DNA from: Azolla caroliniana
Taxonomy: Eukaryota; Plantae; Polypodiophyta
Direction of reading: 5' to 3'
NCBI GenBank assembly: GCA_043228905.1
Contig: JBHGNT010000002.1
Span: 9,734,001 to 9,798,000 of the forward strand
DNA: 64,000 nt
The notes beneath the pieces are model-generated. The model made no database searches. It saw nothing but the letters and a program-made list of their open reading frames with translations, and was not told the origin of the DNA. Numbering within the stretch: the stretch's first letter is position 1; every line of letters starts with the position of its first letter. Positions 23,860 through 37,384 of this stretch are shown here, in pieces. Both the position numbers and the translations under genes were made by a program.

Positions 23860-26800
23860 ATTTCTAATATACACACATATATTTTTATGACATGTATACG
23901 ATTAAATAACAAAACATAACCAACAAATGATGTAATCAAGATACGTAATCAAGGCATATAGCCTCTACGCACTTGTAACATACAAAGATAAGAGTGTTCA
24001 CGTAATACGCCATAGAGGTATTGACCTCTTATGCATACGACTCAAATCGCATATCCAATATATGAAAATTGAGGTATTGACCTCATACACATATGTACGT
24101 GAATGTGATACACAATTGAGGTATTGACCTCATACGCATACATGTATACATTTTATACAACCAAAGGATTACCACTACAACATAATTAAATTATTGAATA
24201 ATTACATATCGATATAAACATAATTAGAATAGGAGAAGAAAGAATAGAAAAAAAAAAAGGAAAATATTAAAGTTCCTTTGTTGATGCATATCTGGATCCA
24301 ACTCGAACGAACATCGATCGATCACCATCCAACAAAACAAGTCAACAAAAGAAACATTAGGAAAAACAATCAGATACCAACTGTTAGAGCTTAATCCTAA
24401 TTTAATCATATGATAAGGAAATAATAGATAGATATATAAGAGAGGTGTTAAGAGTTATGAACTAACGTAAGCATATGATAAGGATAAAAGATATATGAAA
24501 TAAGAAAGGAGAGAGAGAAAGAAGGGTGCCGATCCACCTGACCACCCACGAGCGGAGGGATCAAGACGGACTCGAGCCTCGATCGGCGTCCCATACCACT
24601 GTCGTGGTGTGAAGTCGTACCTGGTGCTGGCGCACTCACTACAAGAGTTGACCAACCACAAGAACAGAGACTCGACGTAGTCAAGAGATCATGAAATGAG
24701 GGTAGCTAGGCCTCATATTTATAGTGATACCCAAGGCCCCCAGGCAAGTTCACACTTGGCCTAATGTCTCAATCCCGAGGATTAAAAGTAATCCTCCCCT
24801 TCTTTACACTCTCGTTTAACCCTCACACTTATCCACATGTATAGAATACTACGGTAAATTCTCACCACGAGATATTGTATGGTCATGCCCATAACATACT
24901 CCCCCGTCTTTAAAACATTGCACTCTTGCAATGAAAAGTTAGGGAAGTTAGTTCTAAGAGTATTTTCACGTTCCCATGTGGCATCTTTGATAAATTTATC
25001 CATCCATTTAATTTTAAATTCTCAAATTATTTTTGTACGTAGATTTTTTGTTTTAACATCGAGAATTCTTTCTGGTACATGTGGTTTAGAAGATAATTCT
25101 TCAGAAGTAACCAGAGTTTCAGTTATAACTGTATTGTAGCCAGAACCTACAAGTTCTTTTAGACGACTTACATGAAAAACTGGATGAATTTCAATGTCAT
25201 CAGGAAGAGCGAGATGATAGGCTGATGAACCAATGCGTTTGAGGACTTGAAAAGGTCCACAAAATCGTGGGGCTAATTTAGCGCACTTACTCGTAGACAA
25301 TGTCTTAGAATTGTGAGGTACACGTAAAAATACCTTCTGTTCAAGGTTGAATACACGAGGTTGCCTATTATGATCAGCGTAAAAACGTGTTGTATCTTGA
25401 GCTGTTTTTATATTATCTCGTGCAATATGCAACATATCTTGCATATCCCGAAGAAAGTTTTGCATACTTTGCAACTCATCATGATTTATATTAACATCAA
25501 TCGGGGCTCATGGCTAAAAACCATACATCAACATAAAAGTATTATATCCCGTCAACGTATGCTTGGAGCTGTTATAAGCAAACTCCAAATTTGGGAGATA
25601 ACATTCCCATTTTGTTGGTTTTGCACCAACGTATGCTCGAAGCATGTCCTCAATAATTTGATTTACTCGTTTTGTCTGTCCATCAGATTGAGAGTGATCC
25701 GTGGAGGTCATGCTCAACGTAGTTTCTAACTTCTTAAAGACTTGCATTTAGAAATCACTAGTAAATTTTGGATCTCGATCACTCACGATATCCATTGGTA
25801 ACCCATTAAAACGAAATAACTCGTCAACAAATTGGTAAGCCAATTCAGGAGTTGTTACCATGGTTTTAGTAGCAATAAATCTGGCCATTTTAGTTAGTCT
25901 ATCAACCACAAACCAGATGACAACATGGCCTTTTTGGGTGCGAGGAAGGCTAACAATAAATTCCATAGATATACTTTCCCACTTATTACTGGGAATGTCC
26001 AAAGGATGTAAAAGTTCCGCGACTTTAAATCGCATGACTTTGTTAACCTAACATTCGATATATACACATATGTATATTTATCACACATATACAATCAAAT
26101 ACGTATACACGTGACCACATATGCGTATATTAAGAAAAATTGTAACATCAAATAGCCAACATATGATGAAATCGAGACACGTAATTGAGGCATATCGCCT
26201 CTACGCACACGAAACATCCAAAAATAAGGGTTCATCGTAATACGCAATTGAGGTATTGACCTTTTATGCATACAACACCAAACGCATATCATTTACATAA
26301 AAATTGAGGTATTGACCTCATACACATACGTAACATATGTTTGTGAACATAATACGCAATTGAGGTATTAACCTCATACGCATACGACACAAATCACATA
26401 TCAAATATGTGTCAAATGAGGTATTAACCTCATACACATATGTAAATGTTTTATACAACCAATTAATTACCACTACAACATCATTGAATCAATGAAAAAC
26501 AACACATATTGACTATACATTATTAGATTGGGAGAAGAAAGAATAAGAAAAAAAAAAAGGAAAAGCTACCGAAGTTCCTTTGTTGATTGTTATCTGGATC
26601 AAGGTTGACCGCACGTCGATCAATCACCATCAACAAGAAGAAAAAAGCCAACAAAAGAAACATTTGAACATAAGCTCTGATACCAACTGTTACCACGTAA
26701 GCATATGATAAGGATAAAAGATATATGAAATAAGAAAGGAGAGAGAGAAAGAAGGGTGCTAATCCACCCAACCACCCCCGAGCAAAGGGATCGATATTAT

Positions 26801-27212
26801 ATGGTCATGCCCGTAACAAGAGGAGCGAGAAAGAAGGGTGTCGATCTACCCAACCACTCATGAGTGAAGGGATCGAGACGGACTCGAGCCTCAATCAGCG
26901 CCCCATACCATCGTCGTGGCATCGAGTTGAACCTAGTGTTGTCACACTCGTTATAATAGTTGATCACCACAAGATCAAAGTCTCGACATAGTCGATAATG
27001 TATCAAATGAGGGTAGCTAGGTCTCATATTTATAACTAGACCTAAGGCCCCAAGCAAGTTCACACTTGGCCTTAATGGGTTGTCTCAATTCCTAGGATTA
27101 AAAGTAATCCTCCCTTCTTTACACTCTCGTTTAACCCTCACACTTTATCCACATGTATAGAATACTATTGTACAAACTTACCACATGATCATTTATGGTT
27201 ATGTCCATAACA
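23860..27212 (-). mobile_element. Chromovirus (Ty3/gypsy) remnant in tandem LTR-internal-LTR-internal arrangement
   Basis: Compound LTRs at about 26688-27212 and 24382-24896, each followed on the minus strand by a Met PBS. PPT at about 24897-24905. Integrase (WESISMEFI, VSDRDPKF, LAPRFCGPF) and chromodomain (PERILDVK...KWMD...ATWE) at 24900-26040. Confidence 0.85.
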
Positions 27213-29505
27213 GAAAGGTACAAATAAAAAGGCGGGACGATCGTTGCTCATGAGGTCAAGGCACTGAAACTCGGAGTCCTTCCTCACTCGGAGTCCTTCC
27301 TCCCAACTTACTTCCTATTTCTTAGGAACTTCTCTTTGTATCCCCCGTTTGTAACCATTCGTTGCATACCCTATTTTTTGGAAAGGGGAACATATATTGT
27401 GATCGAATTAGTGGATCGAAAGTGCACTTACCTCGTGTTGAACACTTGAGCACTACACTTGAGCTCATTTTGTAGTAGTAGTATTGTGATGGTCCTTTAC
27501 AAGTTTTTGCATAGAAAAATAATATAATTGACCCAAATGAAACCCTCAACATGAATTATAAAAGGATGAAAACTAGAGCTTATATGGGTGTCTAGTCTGG
27601 TACTATCAGGGTCATGAAACAATCTTTGTGCATAGAAGTCATATAATTTGTGCAATTGATCTGCCACTAGATCTCTTTATGTAGAAAATAAAATACTTTG
27701 TTGTTGCTTTCTCCCATTCAATTATTGTGTTGTCTACATTTTTACTCAATAGAAACTTCTCCTCAACTCTTCATATCCTTTTGTGGCATCGTTGCACATG
27801 AATACCCATTGATTGGGCTTGAACCTTTGTAGAGCACCACTAAAACCAACAAAGTGACCACAACAATATCTTAGATGTGTTTGATTGAAGGAACATTTTA
27901 GTTTAGGCAAAGTTGCCTAAATAAGAGGTATGAAATTTAGTGAATGTCAAAAAAGTTTGAATGGTGTTGGGTAGGATGGTCTTTGTGTGTAAAACCAGAT
28001 GTAGCATGAGTTTCCAATTGGTTGACCTAAGTATATCTAACTATAAACCATACATTAAGATTACATTTGAAGTTTAAAAAGTAGGTATTGACGTATTTGA
28101 AGTGTACAAATTCTATTAAAAATTATGTCGTTTGACAACAAACCTCCCAGATAAGGTATAAGAAAGAAGCCACGAACCATAAGAAAGAAGCCATGGTTCA
28201 CTTCTTGTATCATTGGTATACAAAGGAAAAATTCTTCAAATCTTGCCCATTCTTTTTAGGCACATCATTTGTTGGTCTTCTCATGTGATGCATTCCTCCA
28301 AACCAACTAAAATGTTGTCAAAGCTAGAGGATTATCTGTAATAACAAGCCATGTTAAATTGGTTTGGACACTTTTTCACCAACTCATTAGAAAATATTTG
28401 AGTAAGGAGAGTTTGCAAGCCAAAGTACTTTGCTTTTGAAGAGTTCTTTTACCATCATTTCATGTAGTGAGTATGGTGCATTACCTTTAAAGGGGCTAAG
28501 CATTTGCATTACACTTTCTTTTTTACTAAATTGAATTCATGAAATGGACACGCACACATTTTGTTTTACTAAACGAAGCACATAAACTTGACATTCAGAT
28601 ATGAACGTATGTAATTCAATGACAATTGCTTGGGTGTGCATACATGCACACATGTGGATGAACAAAGACAATATGTAATTCCTCAACCCAATGGTATATA
28701 TGTGCAACAAATTCATGTTGAGAGTTGTAACTTGACTTTATGCGACGTTGATATCACAATTGTTTGATTCCACTTTATGCACAGGAAATGTTTGCACATC
28801 AATACACCACTCTACTTTGAATTTCGAAAGTGAAGTGGGCAATTGAAATTTTGATTTTTCAACGAGAATTTTTGTGTTGTCAAACATTAACCAAGCTCAT
28901 CAATTTTTTGATACTTTTTTGGATGTGTACACCTTTTTTTTTTTTTATATGCACATTTCCCCACTATAATTACAACAGAATCATGACGTTGTGGACTAAA
29001 CATTTTTGACAACTTTTGCATTACAAATTTTACTACATGGGGCTTTCTCAAGACAATAAGGTCCACAAGATTGTACAATCTACCAACTATTTTTAACCTA
29101 TTTGATATGTCCTATTACCATATTACAACTTACTTAGAACAATATTATGAGCGTTGTACATGGGAGGATAACTTAAACACAAACTTTATATGGTTGGGTA
29201 AAGAGGGCCTTGCTGACCTAGCTTGGTATCCTACTATTCCACCCATGAGACAAATGTTATAAGGGAATGGTTGGGAGGGGCTTTATTTGATCACATAGAG
29301 ATGCAATACAAACTTTTGGGTCTTGGGAGGTTAAAAAGGGAGAATTGCGAACCTTACATGCTCCTTTCAGACTTCATGTTACAACTCAAATCACGTGTTT
29401 CGTATTAACCAAAGGGGAAAAACCTTGAAGTATCCCGAAATTCTCCCAAGTTCTCATCCTTTTCCGAATATATTTGTCAAACCCATCAAAGAGAGAAAAG
29501 GGGCA

Positions 29506-29529
29506 AGGGGGGGGGGGGGGGGGGGGGGG
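29506..29529. repeat. Poly-G homopolymer
   Basis: Run of about 24 G. Confidence 0.8.
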
Positions 29530-30185
29530 CATGTTGCTTAAATACTCCCATATGGTCAAATAGCTCATAGGGTTGAGAAAAGTTGGGGAGGGATTGATCA
29601 TATTCATAGTACAAATAGATAACACACATATCAACATACAAGAGAGGGGTGGCGGGGGGGAGTTGACTAAGGTAGAGCTCATGTGGGATGCTAAGGGAAT
29701 AGCGAAACACTCTCCCGATGAGGGGTGTTTCGGAGTGTTTTCTTGATAATATATATGCATACAATACACACTTACAACACTTATATGTGTTGTATCTCTA
29801 TAATTTTAAGACTTGATTGATGTACATATAGAGTGTGTGGGAGTGTGTGTGTGTGTGTGTAGGTATTATTATTATGATAGCTGCAGCACTTTGATATTTT
29901 ATACATACATATACATAAATATGTATATATTTAGTCTTTTAGATATGTATGTACAGACAGATAAAGGAAAAGGCCAGAAAAAGCACGACCCCCATGTTCT
30001 TACTTTCTTCCTTCTACCTTCTCACTCTCTCCATGGATATGGCCAAAAACAAGGTCAATCCAGAGATATTTTAACCAAATAAAATAGTATCAAATACGTA
30101 ACCCAAAACCTACAAGGGAATCTAATGCCCCTCCCATATCCAAACCTCTTCCCCTCTGCCTTCTGCTCTCTCCTCTCTTTCTCAG

Positions 30186-30345
30186 GTATGAGTTCTCAAA
30201 TTTCAATTAAATTTGTTTTGTTTTTTTTTTTTTTTGCCCCAAATTGTTTTCCAAACTCTGTTCTGTCACGAAGTTGGGTTTTTATTATGGTTTTTCTTGA
30301 ATTTTCTGATTTATTCCCCCAACCCCTCTTCTTCTATTATTACAG
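30186..30345 (+). other. Probable 5'-UTR intron of the GT34 gene
   Basis: CAG|GTATGA donor, T-rich body and TACAG acceptor upstream of the ATG at 30471. Confidence 0.6.
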
Positions 30346-30470
30346 GAGAAAGAGCGAAGCTATGTCAGATCTGATGAGACGACTCTGTTTCAATTGAAGT
30401 AAAAAGATCCCCCTCCCCTCCTCCCCGTCTCCCGTAACAAAAAAAGGGGAAGGGGAACAGAAAGTGAAAG

Positions 30471-31559
30471 ATGTTGAGGCCTTCATATTGGCTACTGATT
30501 TTCCCCACTCTCAACAAGGTGAGAAGGTCACCAAAGCTCATCTTCTTCCTTGTGTCCCTAACCTTATTCTGCTTCTCCACGATTGTCATTCTGTTTGGAT
30601 TCGAAGTCCATGTCGATGTCTCAACACTCTGCGAAATCAATCGCAAGGTTCCTAGCCTAACCCAGCATAGATCTTCTTCTTCTTCTTCTTCCCTTCATCA
30701 ACAGAAGCCCATAAAATTCTCCATCCTCACCTTTGCAGATTCAAAGGCATTTAAGACCTATTCCTCCTCTATCCCCAGCTTGCTAGAGTCTAGATCTATC
30801 TATGCAGATCTCTATGGCTATGAAATGAAGACCTATTTCCACAAACCAGAAGCAAAGAGGAGGCTTGTGTGGTCAAAAGTGCCAGCTATTTATGAAACCC
30901 TGTTTGGGGATGATTTACCTTCATCTTCATCATCATCATCATCATCATCGCCATCATCAAGAAGCAATACTAACAATAGTGACAGTACTTACTCTATATA
31001 CAATAGTAACCACAACCATAACAATGTTGAACATTGGGTATGGGTGCTAGATGTGGACACACTTATATTTAACTACAATGTAAAGCTCGAACACGTGGTC
31101 GGATGGGCGGGCACGAAATGGGCAGCCTCTGCCTCAAAATGGGCAGCCATGGATATGATCATATCGATGGACATGAATGGCATAAACGCAGGGTCATTCA
31201 TGGTGAGGAGGAGTGAGTGGACAAGGGAGCTTCTTAAGAGATGGTGGTCAAGGAATGATGTAAGTGTGCCCAACATTGGGGGTATGTTCGAACAAGCCGC
31301 CCTAGCCGACCTTATCCACAAGGACACTAGTGTAGCAAGCCATGTTCAAATTGTGCCCCAGAGGACGTTTAACGCGTACGGCTACCCTTCTCCCGAGGAA
31401 TCGGGCTTGTTCCACATCGGCGATTTCATTGTGCATTGCCCTAGCCCTAGCCGTAAACGTCGCCTACCGTCTTATGCTAGGGCATGGGAGAGAATGATGA
31501 AGGAATGTAAGCTTAGAGAGCTTTGGATGGATGGTGGTCACCTATTGGATGGTGCCTAA
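30471..31559 (+). CDS. Glycosyltransferase family 34 (GMA12/MNN10 galactosyl/mannosyl/xylosyltransferase family), type II membrane protein
   Basis: Intact 362-aa single-exon ORF with an N-terminal TM helix. Motifs WSKVPAI, WVWVLDVDTLIFN (DxD), DMNGINAGSFMVRRSEW, FEQAAL, VPQRTFNAY and GDFIVH. Confidence 0.9.
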   Translation: MLRPSYWLLIFPTLNKVRRSPKLIFFLVSLTLFCFSTIVILFGFEVHVDVSTLCEINRKVPSLTQHRSSSSSSSLHQQKPIKFSILTFADSKAFKTYSSSIPSLLESRSIYADLYGYEMKTYFHKPEAKRRLVWSKVPAIYETLFGDDLPSSSSSSSSSSPSSRSNTNNSDSTYSIYNSNHNHNNVEHWVWVLDVDTLIFNYNVKLEHVVGWAGTKWAASASKWAAMDMIISMDMNGINAGSFMVRRSEWTRELLKRWWSRNDVSVPNIGGMFEQAALADLIHKDTSVASHVQIVPQRTFNAYGYPSPEESGLFHIGDFIVHCPSPSRKRRLPSYARAWERMMKECKLRELWMDGGHLLDGA

Positions 31560-31608
31560 CTTTGTTAGTCATTTTTGTTGCTACCCCCCAAGGGTATATG
31601 AACATTGT

Positions 31609-31646
<38 letters not shown>

Positions 31647-33418
31647 GCCAAAGAAGAGCTCATGTGGGGGCAAGGATATTTCAAGTCTTGTGGACATTAT
31701 ATCTACCCCCACCCCTAAAACCACTTTTGTGACATAACATCTTTTTTCAAATCTCAATGTTGCATATATTGCATATTTGGGCTATTTGTCAAATTTTCTT
31801 GATGTGTGCTTCCATTGTCAATGATTGTAGTTTTGGGCAACACGGTTTCAGATTCCCCCTCAATCCCTTTCTTTTTGGTCCGTGGGGTGCTCCTAATTTA
31901 TGGATAAGACGGTGTATCCTTTTAGGAGCAGTACGGGTTCTTTGAGGTGTTTCTTGCGGTTTAAGCTTCATGTCTTGTTTGTGAAAGCATTGTAATTTTG
32001 AAATTGTTTTTTGGAATAAAATTAACATATACCTCAGTAATGTGACACGATGCGATTGCAAATAATTGGTGTAGTTTTCTGGTTGTGGCTCATTTGTATG
32101 GATGAAGTAAGGGTAATGAAAGATCAATACAAACGTTCCACGATCATTTGAGTTTGTGAATGTTGTTTTTACTTCTTTTCGCTTAGTTATTGCTGTCTTT
32201 GTCAAGAAGGTATATATGTAGTTAGGTGTCTTTGAAACATGACCCCAAATTCAAAATTTGATACGAGAGTCAAGACACACGTTTGTACCCATGGAATGAA
32301 TGAGATTGTCTTTATAAATGGAGGTGGAGCTTGCAGATGCCACATCAAAAGATCTACTCCTCAAGTCTAAAGACCATATCCGTCAAGATCTACAACTATT
32401 TTAAGCTTTGACTGACTATAACCAATTTATATTTACTCATTGATAGCACTTTTTTCAGCTTGTCTAGGTAAAATCTACGAAAAAATGCTTGTCTACTTTT
32501 TTTCAAAGTTCATGGAAAGATGTGAAGAGGGGCAATTTACTTATTTCTCATAGAAGAGGGGCAACATATTTCCCTCGAATGAAGCATTTCTTTTCTTTGT
32601 GCAAATGTCTCTGGGTTGTGGTATGCATGCATGGTTATTTAATATTTAGTTGTATGATTTGCAGTTGGTGCAGAGATATTGAATATGTAGAACATGCAAA
32701 TGTACAGGTTATCCCTTGCTTGCAAGAAATACAACTTAATTGAAAGAATGCAATAATTTATAGTTGGTAACAATGGTTTTAGCTCGGTTGAATTTATACC
32801 CATTTTTTAGGCATATGCCCAAAGGGCATTGAGTGACATTAGGTGATGTTATGATTTTGCTTCCTTAAATATTGGATTTTGTGTTCCACATTTTGTTGTT
32901 TTTATTGTTTGAATATCAATGTAGTGAATTCACTCATTTAATGATTTGTACCTCACCTTTCCCATCTTATATGTAATGATTGTTTATTAATTCCTTCCCA
33001 AATTTCGTCTTCTACTTTCCCCCCCATCATTGCCTATGTCATAAACTCTTCCCTCGCACTTAGTTATCCTTGGGGGGGTATACATCAGTGTTGGGCAAAG
33101 TCTCTAGGCCCTACCGGAAATTTTCCTGCTTCTTATGAACCTAACCGGAATGTTAAAATCTCAGCCGGCCACGTTCCTATTAGCGACAATGTCAACCGGA
33201 AATGTTGAAATTTTTTTTAACGCATACCAAATAAATAAATAAAATTCTAGTGCAATACCACATCAAATCAATCACAAAAAATTGGAGCCCAAAAACTAAA
33301 TATATATATTTATCAAAAAATGTACTAACTTTGTAAACTAGCATTAACAACATATTAGATCAAATTAGAGCTAATATATATAAAGTTCCAAAACAAAATA
33401 GATCACATTTACAAAATT

Positions 33419-35653
33419 TCAATCTATATCTTCTATGAAGTCCTCGATGTCATCATCATGCTCATGAGAAGTACTTGTAAAAATATGACGATATGCCTTG
33501 CTTTCTCGCCACAACAAAATGCTGGCATTGAAGTCATGTTCTTCTAATTCAGGTCCTTCAATAGATATTCGTATCAATGCATCAACCGCATTGGTTTTTA
33601 GCCTATTTCTAAACTTATTTTTTATTAGATTTAGGCGACTAAAGCCTCTCTCACATGCTGCCGTAGAAGAACACTGAATTAACCCTATCAATGAAAGCTT
33701 TAGAAGCTCGGGTAGTTTTTCTTTCCACACATCATTACAATTTATCATACCCCAAACATCTAAGAAATCTCTTCCAAGCCATTCCGTGGTAGCTTGCCTT
33801 TTGAAAATTGCATATTCATCATACAATTTATCATTATCAATTATGGGAGAAAACGCTTTCCCATCTATCATTTTTTGAATGCCATAAAAATTTCCAAGTG
33901 TTTTCAACTCATTAAGACCCATAGTTTTTCGTGCTAAAATGCTTGTAGATCCGGTAGACATGTTCATTGGTGATAACATTTTCAATGCGGAAAGAGTCAC
34001 CGGATCTTGAAGCCTCTTTTTTATTGTCTCTATCAATGCCTTAGAAAACAAAGTTTGGAATTGTATGGCTTCAATTAAGTCCTCACCATCAACACTTCTA
34101 TCGATGAGGATGCTTTTATACATATTACCTTTTGTGGCATCTCGTAAAACTGAAAGCATTCCTTTTTCTCTACCATATTCTGGAATAATTGGATAATTAT
34201 CGTTATCCTTCTCAAAACCATTCAGATCCATCATAACATGATGTAAAAATTGTTCTTCTATCTCCCCAATGGCTATCATAGCCAAACCTCCAATGCATGT
34301 CACATCCACATATTCCTCTTGGAATTCCATACTTAATGTAGACATGATCTTAAGTACATCTGCAAGGAAGTGAAGCATATACACTACTTTAAAGTTTCTT
34401 AAACTCAAGAATACATTGTATGCATCACTTTGCGATTGCAAAGTCTTCATCAAGGGTTCATACACATCACATACCCTCATGATAGCACCATGCCGACTAA
34501 GCCATCGTGTCTTCACAATCCCAAGAATATGCAAATGTGTGTATTCTAATGCATCTTGCATCTTACTTAATTCACCTTGGTGCATTGAGCTCCTCGAGAA
34601 ATGTGCAGCCACCCGATTCACAAGGGCATCTAACTGCTTGCATGTTTCTTTGACTTCGACGTTCTTTGAAGCCTCTTGCACACACAAGTTTGTTCGATGT
34701 GCACAACAATGTAATGAAGTCATAAATGGATTATATGACTTCAATCTTGTAGCAACACCTGTAGACATACCTACCATAACAGATGCTCCATCACTTCCAA
34801 ATCCCATCATTTTTCTAACATCTAAGTTCCACTTTTTTAACAACGCTAAAATGTTTTCTGTTATTGTTTTTGCTGTACCATCCTCTACTTCAAGTACCCC
34901 TAAATAAGAGGTTCGTACTTGCCTTCCTTCCACAAATGTAGCGTAAAGGATCAAGTTCTTGGTCACACTTACATCGGTAGCTTCATCTACCATAAGCCCA
35001 AACCAAGGACTTGTCCTCAACCTTTCATATATCTCGGCTTCAAGAGCCTTGCTAATGTGCAAGATAAAGCTTGCACAAGCCTTATTATCATTGTACATTC
35101 GTGGAAGGCCTTCCACACCACACTCTCTTAATAAACGTAAGAGGTTTTCCAATTTTCTAAATGCCAAATCCTCTTTAGCTATAAAATATGCACATTTAAA
35201 CAATTTTTCAACTGCTAAATCCACACTAGCTTTTTTCTTTGATGCACATTTTTCAAGACCATTCTTGTCTCGTTCTTGTAACAAAATGGCATCTCGATGG
35301 GCCACACTTCTTGCATGTTCTTCTAATGCAGAAGTCTTAAAAAATTTTGCACCTGTTTTTCCAAATAAGGACTTACAATGTGGGTCATTCCTACAATAAC
35401 TACACCATAGAAGCCCAGTTTCTAAATCCTCTTGAAGCCACTTAAATTTAGTAGGCCAATCTTCTTGAAATCTTAGTTTCGCCTTACTAACTCTATTTAT
35501 TTCATTAATTGACTCTTGAGAGTATTGTTGGTCTTTTATAGGTTCTTCTAGAGACACATCTTCATTAGAAGATGACATGTTCTTCCTAAAACAAGGCATT
35601 GTATGAAGGCTCATTTGTTTTCCCTTGCCTTTGTTATTTTTGTTGTGCGACAT
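33419..35653 (-). CDS. hAT transposase (ZNF862/KIAA1586-like)
   Basis: Uninterrupted ORF; likely ATG at 35653 after a TTACAG acceptor. Zn finger (WCSYC...H...H), DEATD, GSDGAS, HCCAH, TRWLS and STAACERGFS dimerisation motif. Confidence 0.92.
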   Translation of the reverse strand: MSHNKNNKGKGKQMSLHTMPCFRKNMSSSNEDVSLEEPIKDQQYSQESINEINRVSKAKLRFQEDWPTKFKWLQEDLETGLLWCSYCRNDPHCKSLFGKTGAKFFKTSALEEHARSVAHRDAILLQERDKNGLEKCASKKKASVDLAVEKLFKCAYFIAKEDLAFRKLENLLRLLRECGVEGLPRMYNDNKACASFILHISKALEAEIYERLRTSPWFGLMVDEATDVSVTKNLILYATFVEGRQVRTSYLGVLEVEDGTAKTITENILALLKKWNLDVRKMMGFGSDGASVMVGMSTGVATRLKSYNPFMTSLHCCAHRTNLCVQEASKNVEVKETCKQLDALVNRVAAHFSRSSMHQGELSKMQDALEYTHLHILGIVKTRWLSRHGAIMRVCDVYEPLMKTLQSQSDAYNVFLSLRNFKVVYMLHFLADVLKIMSTLSMEFQEEYVDVTCIGGLAMIAIGEIEEQFLHHVMMDLNGFEKDNDNYPIIPEYGREKGMLSVLRDATKGNMYKSILIDRSVDGEDLIEAIQFQTLFSKALIETIKKRLQDPVTLSALKMLSPMNMSTGSTSILARKTMGLNELKTLGNFYGIQKMIDGKAFSPIIDNDKLYDEYAIFKRQATTEWLGRDFLDVWGMINCNDVWKEKLPELLKLSLIGLIQCSSTAACERGFSRLNLIKNKFRNRLKTNAVDALIRISIEGPELEEHDFNASILLWRESKAYRHIFTSTSHEHDDDIEDFIEDID

Positions 35654-37384
35654 ACTGTAACAATAAGGTAGAGTATATTGAACAATCATAATCTATCATT
35701 TTCATTTACAAGAAAGGGAAACATACATACACAATCCATGTTTTCCAAAGAGAATAAGAAAATTAAAATACCCGGAATATATGGAAGATTGCGAGGCTAT
35801 AAAAGATTGAGTTTCCACTATGGATCTTCCAATCTATAAAAAAATAAAGAAGAAAGAGGAAGCCTCACATTAGCTTACACGCACATGCAAATGATAAATA
35901 ATACATATCTTCACTATTTACTAGTTCATCTCTTTCTTAGCGTGTTCGATGCAAAACGCAATTGAAACTCTTAAATTGAATGTCAAAACCTCAAAATAAT
36001 TTCACTATCAATGAGACATACATGCATTGTCTTCGTCTCATGCATGCATTGTCTTCGTCTCATGTTTGGGTCATAAAGTCAAAAGTTTGAGCAATACATT
36101 GTACACATCATACATGTGTATCCAAATATGCACAAAGTGGCCTCGTGGTGTTTACACTAATTATGCTACTCTATCTTGACTTGTCCTAAACTTGTATGCT
36201 ACTCTTGGATCTTCATACAAATCTATTTACATAGAGACAATATGAAATACATGAGCATATGTAACAATTCTTGCTACATCTATATTGAAAGCACCACTTC
36301 ATCTTAAGGTTTATGGTAAGTTTGTTTAAAGTAATTGAAATTACCATGCAATGTATTGATTATGAACCGTCACTACAACATTGGTTAGGGACTCATTGGT
36401 TTAAAGCTTAGCAAATCAAGCGATATAAAACCGAGAGAACATGGGTTAGGAATCAGGATGACATGTTATCAAATCACTTGCTCCAACTCGTTCCTAATGA
36501 CATCAACATACTCTCTTAGATACGTAGTTCCACATCTTACATGAAAAAAATGAGCAAGACCATTGACAAGTACACAATTGTTCGCATTCGGCTCAAACTA
36601 GGAGACAAATAGACGGGAGAAAACGACAACTAGTAGCAAGTTATGAAATCTATGTGGGAGGGGAATACAAACAAATGAGCATTTCATTGACATATGCTAT
36701 GCATGCTATATTGGAGGCAATTACCATTATATATTTCGGGACAAATTCGGACCATTGTACCAAATCACGGAGTGCGAAGGCCCAAAAAGTTTATGATATT
36801 CTTTCTCATGGTTAAACACACTTGCCACGAATCATGGGCCCATGCACTTCTCTCCTCTTCTTTGCCACTTCTCTCCTCTTCTTTGCCTTTTTTTGAAAAC
36901 AAAAAAACAGAGGAAAGCAGAGCCTTTGTTTCCCTCTCTCTTCTTGTTGACTCTGATTGTTTTCTGTGTATCCAACAGCAGCAAGCAAGCCATCTTAAAA
37001 CTTTATAAGGTTTCACCATTAAATTAGGGTCTCAATCCCAATACAGGCCTAATTCTGAGAGAGTCTCAGTGTCCTTTTGAAAGCCTCAAACTTTCATACC
37101 CTGATTGACAGAAGAGGCACTCTGATGCTCTCAAAACATACAACAATCTCTTTTGATGCCCCTAAAAAATGATTTAGATATATCTCCAGCTTCTAGCTTC
37201 CATCATCGTTCTGAAATCCTAACAGCCATATCCATTGGAGCAGCTAGCTGCAAAGATGTATGAGGTAAAGCACTTATAGATCCAGCTATGGAGATGAGTT
37301 AATCACTTGAAACTTTCTTTCAAGGTCTTTCTTGTTCCTTTGCAAGAATTGTTAGCGAGAAAGAATTATGAGGTTTCAAAGAGA

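Noticed and set aside
26180-26440. CRISPR-like repeat-spacer appearance
   Set aside because: Repeats are degenerate, spacers are mutually related, the array lies in a retrotransposon leader, there are no cas genes and the context is eukaryotic.
27300-29450. Possible old DNA transposon remnant
   Set aside because: No convincing TIR pair, TSD or catalytic motif found.
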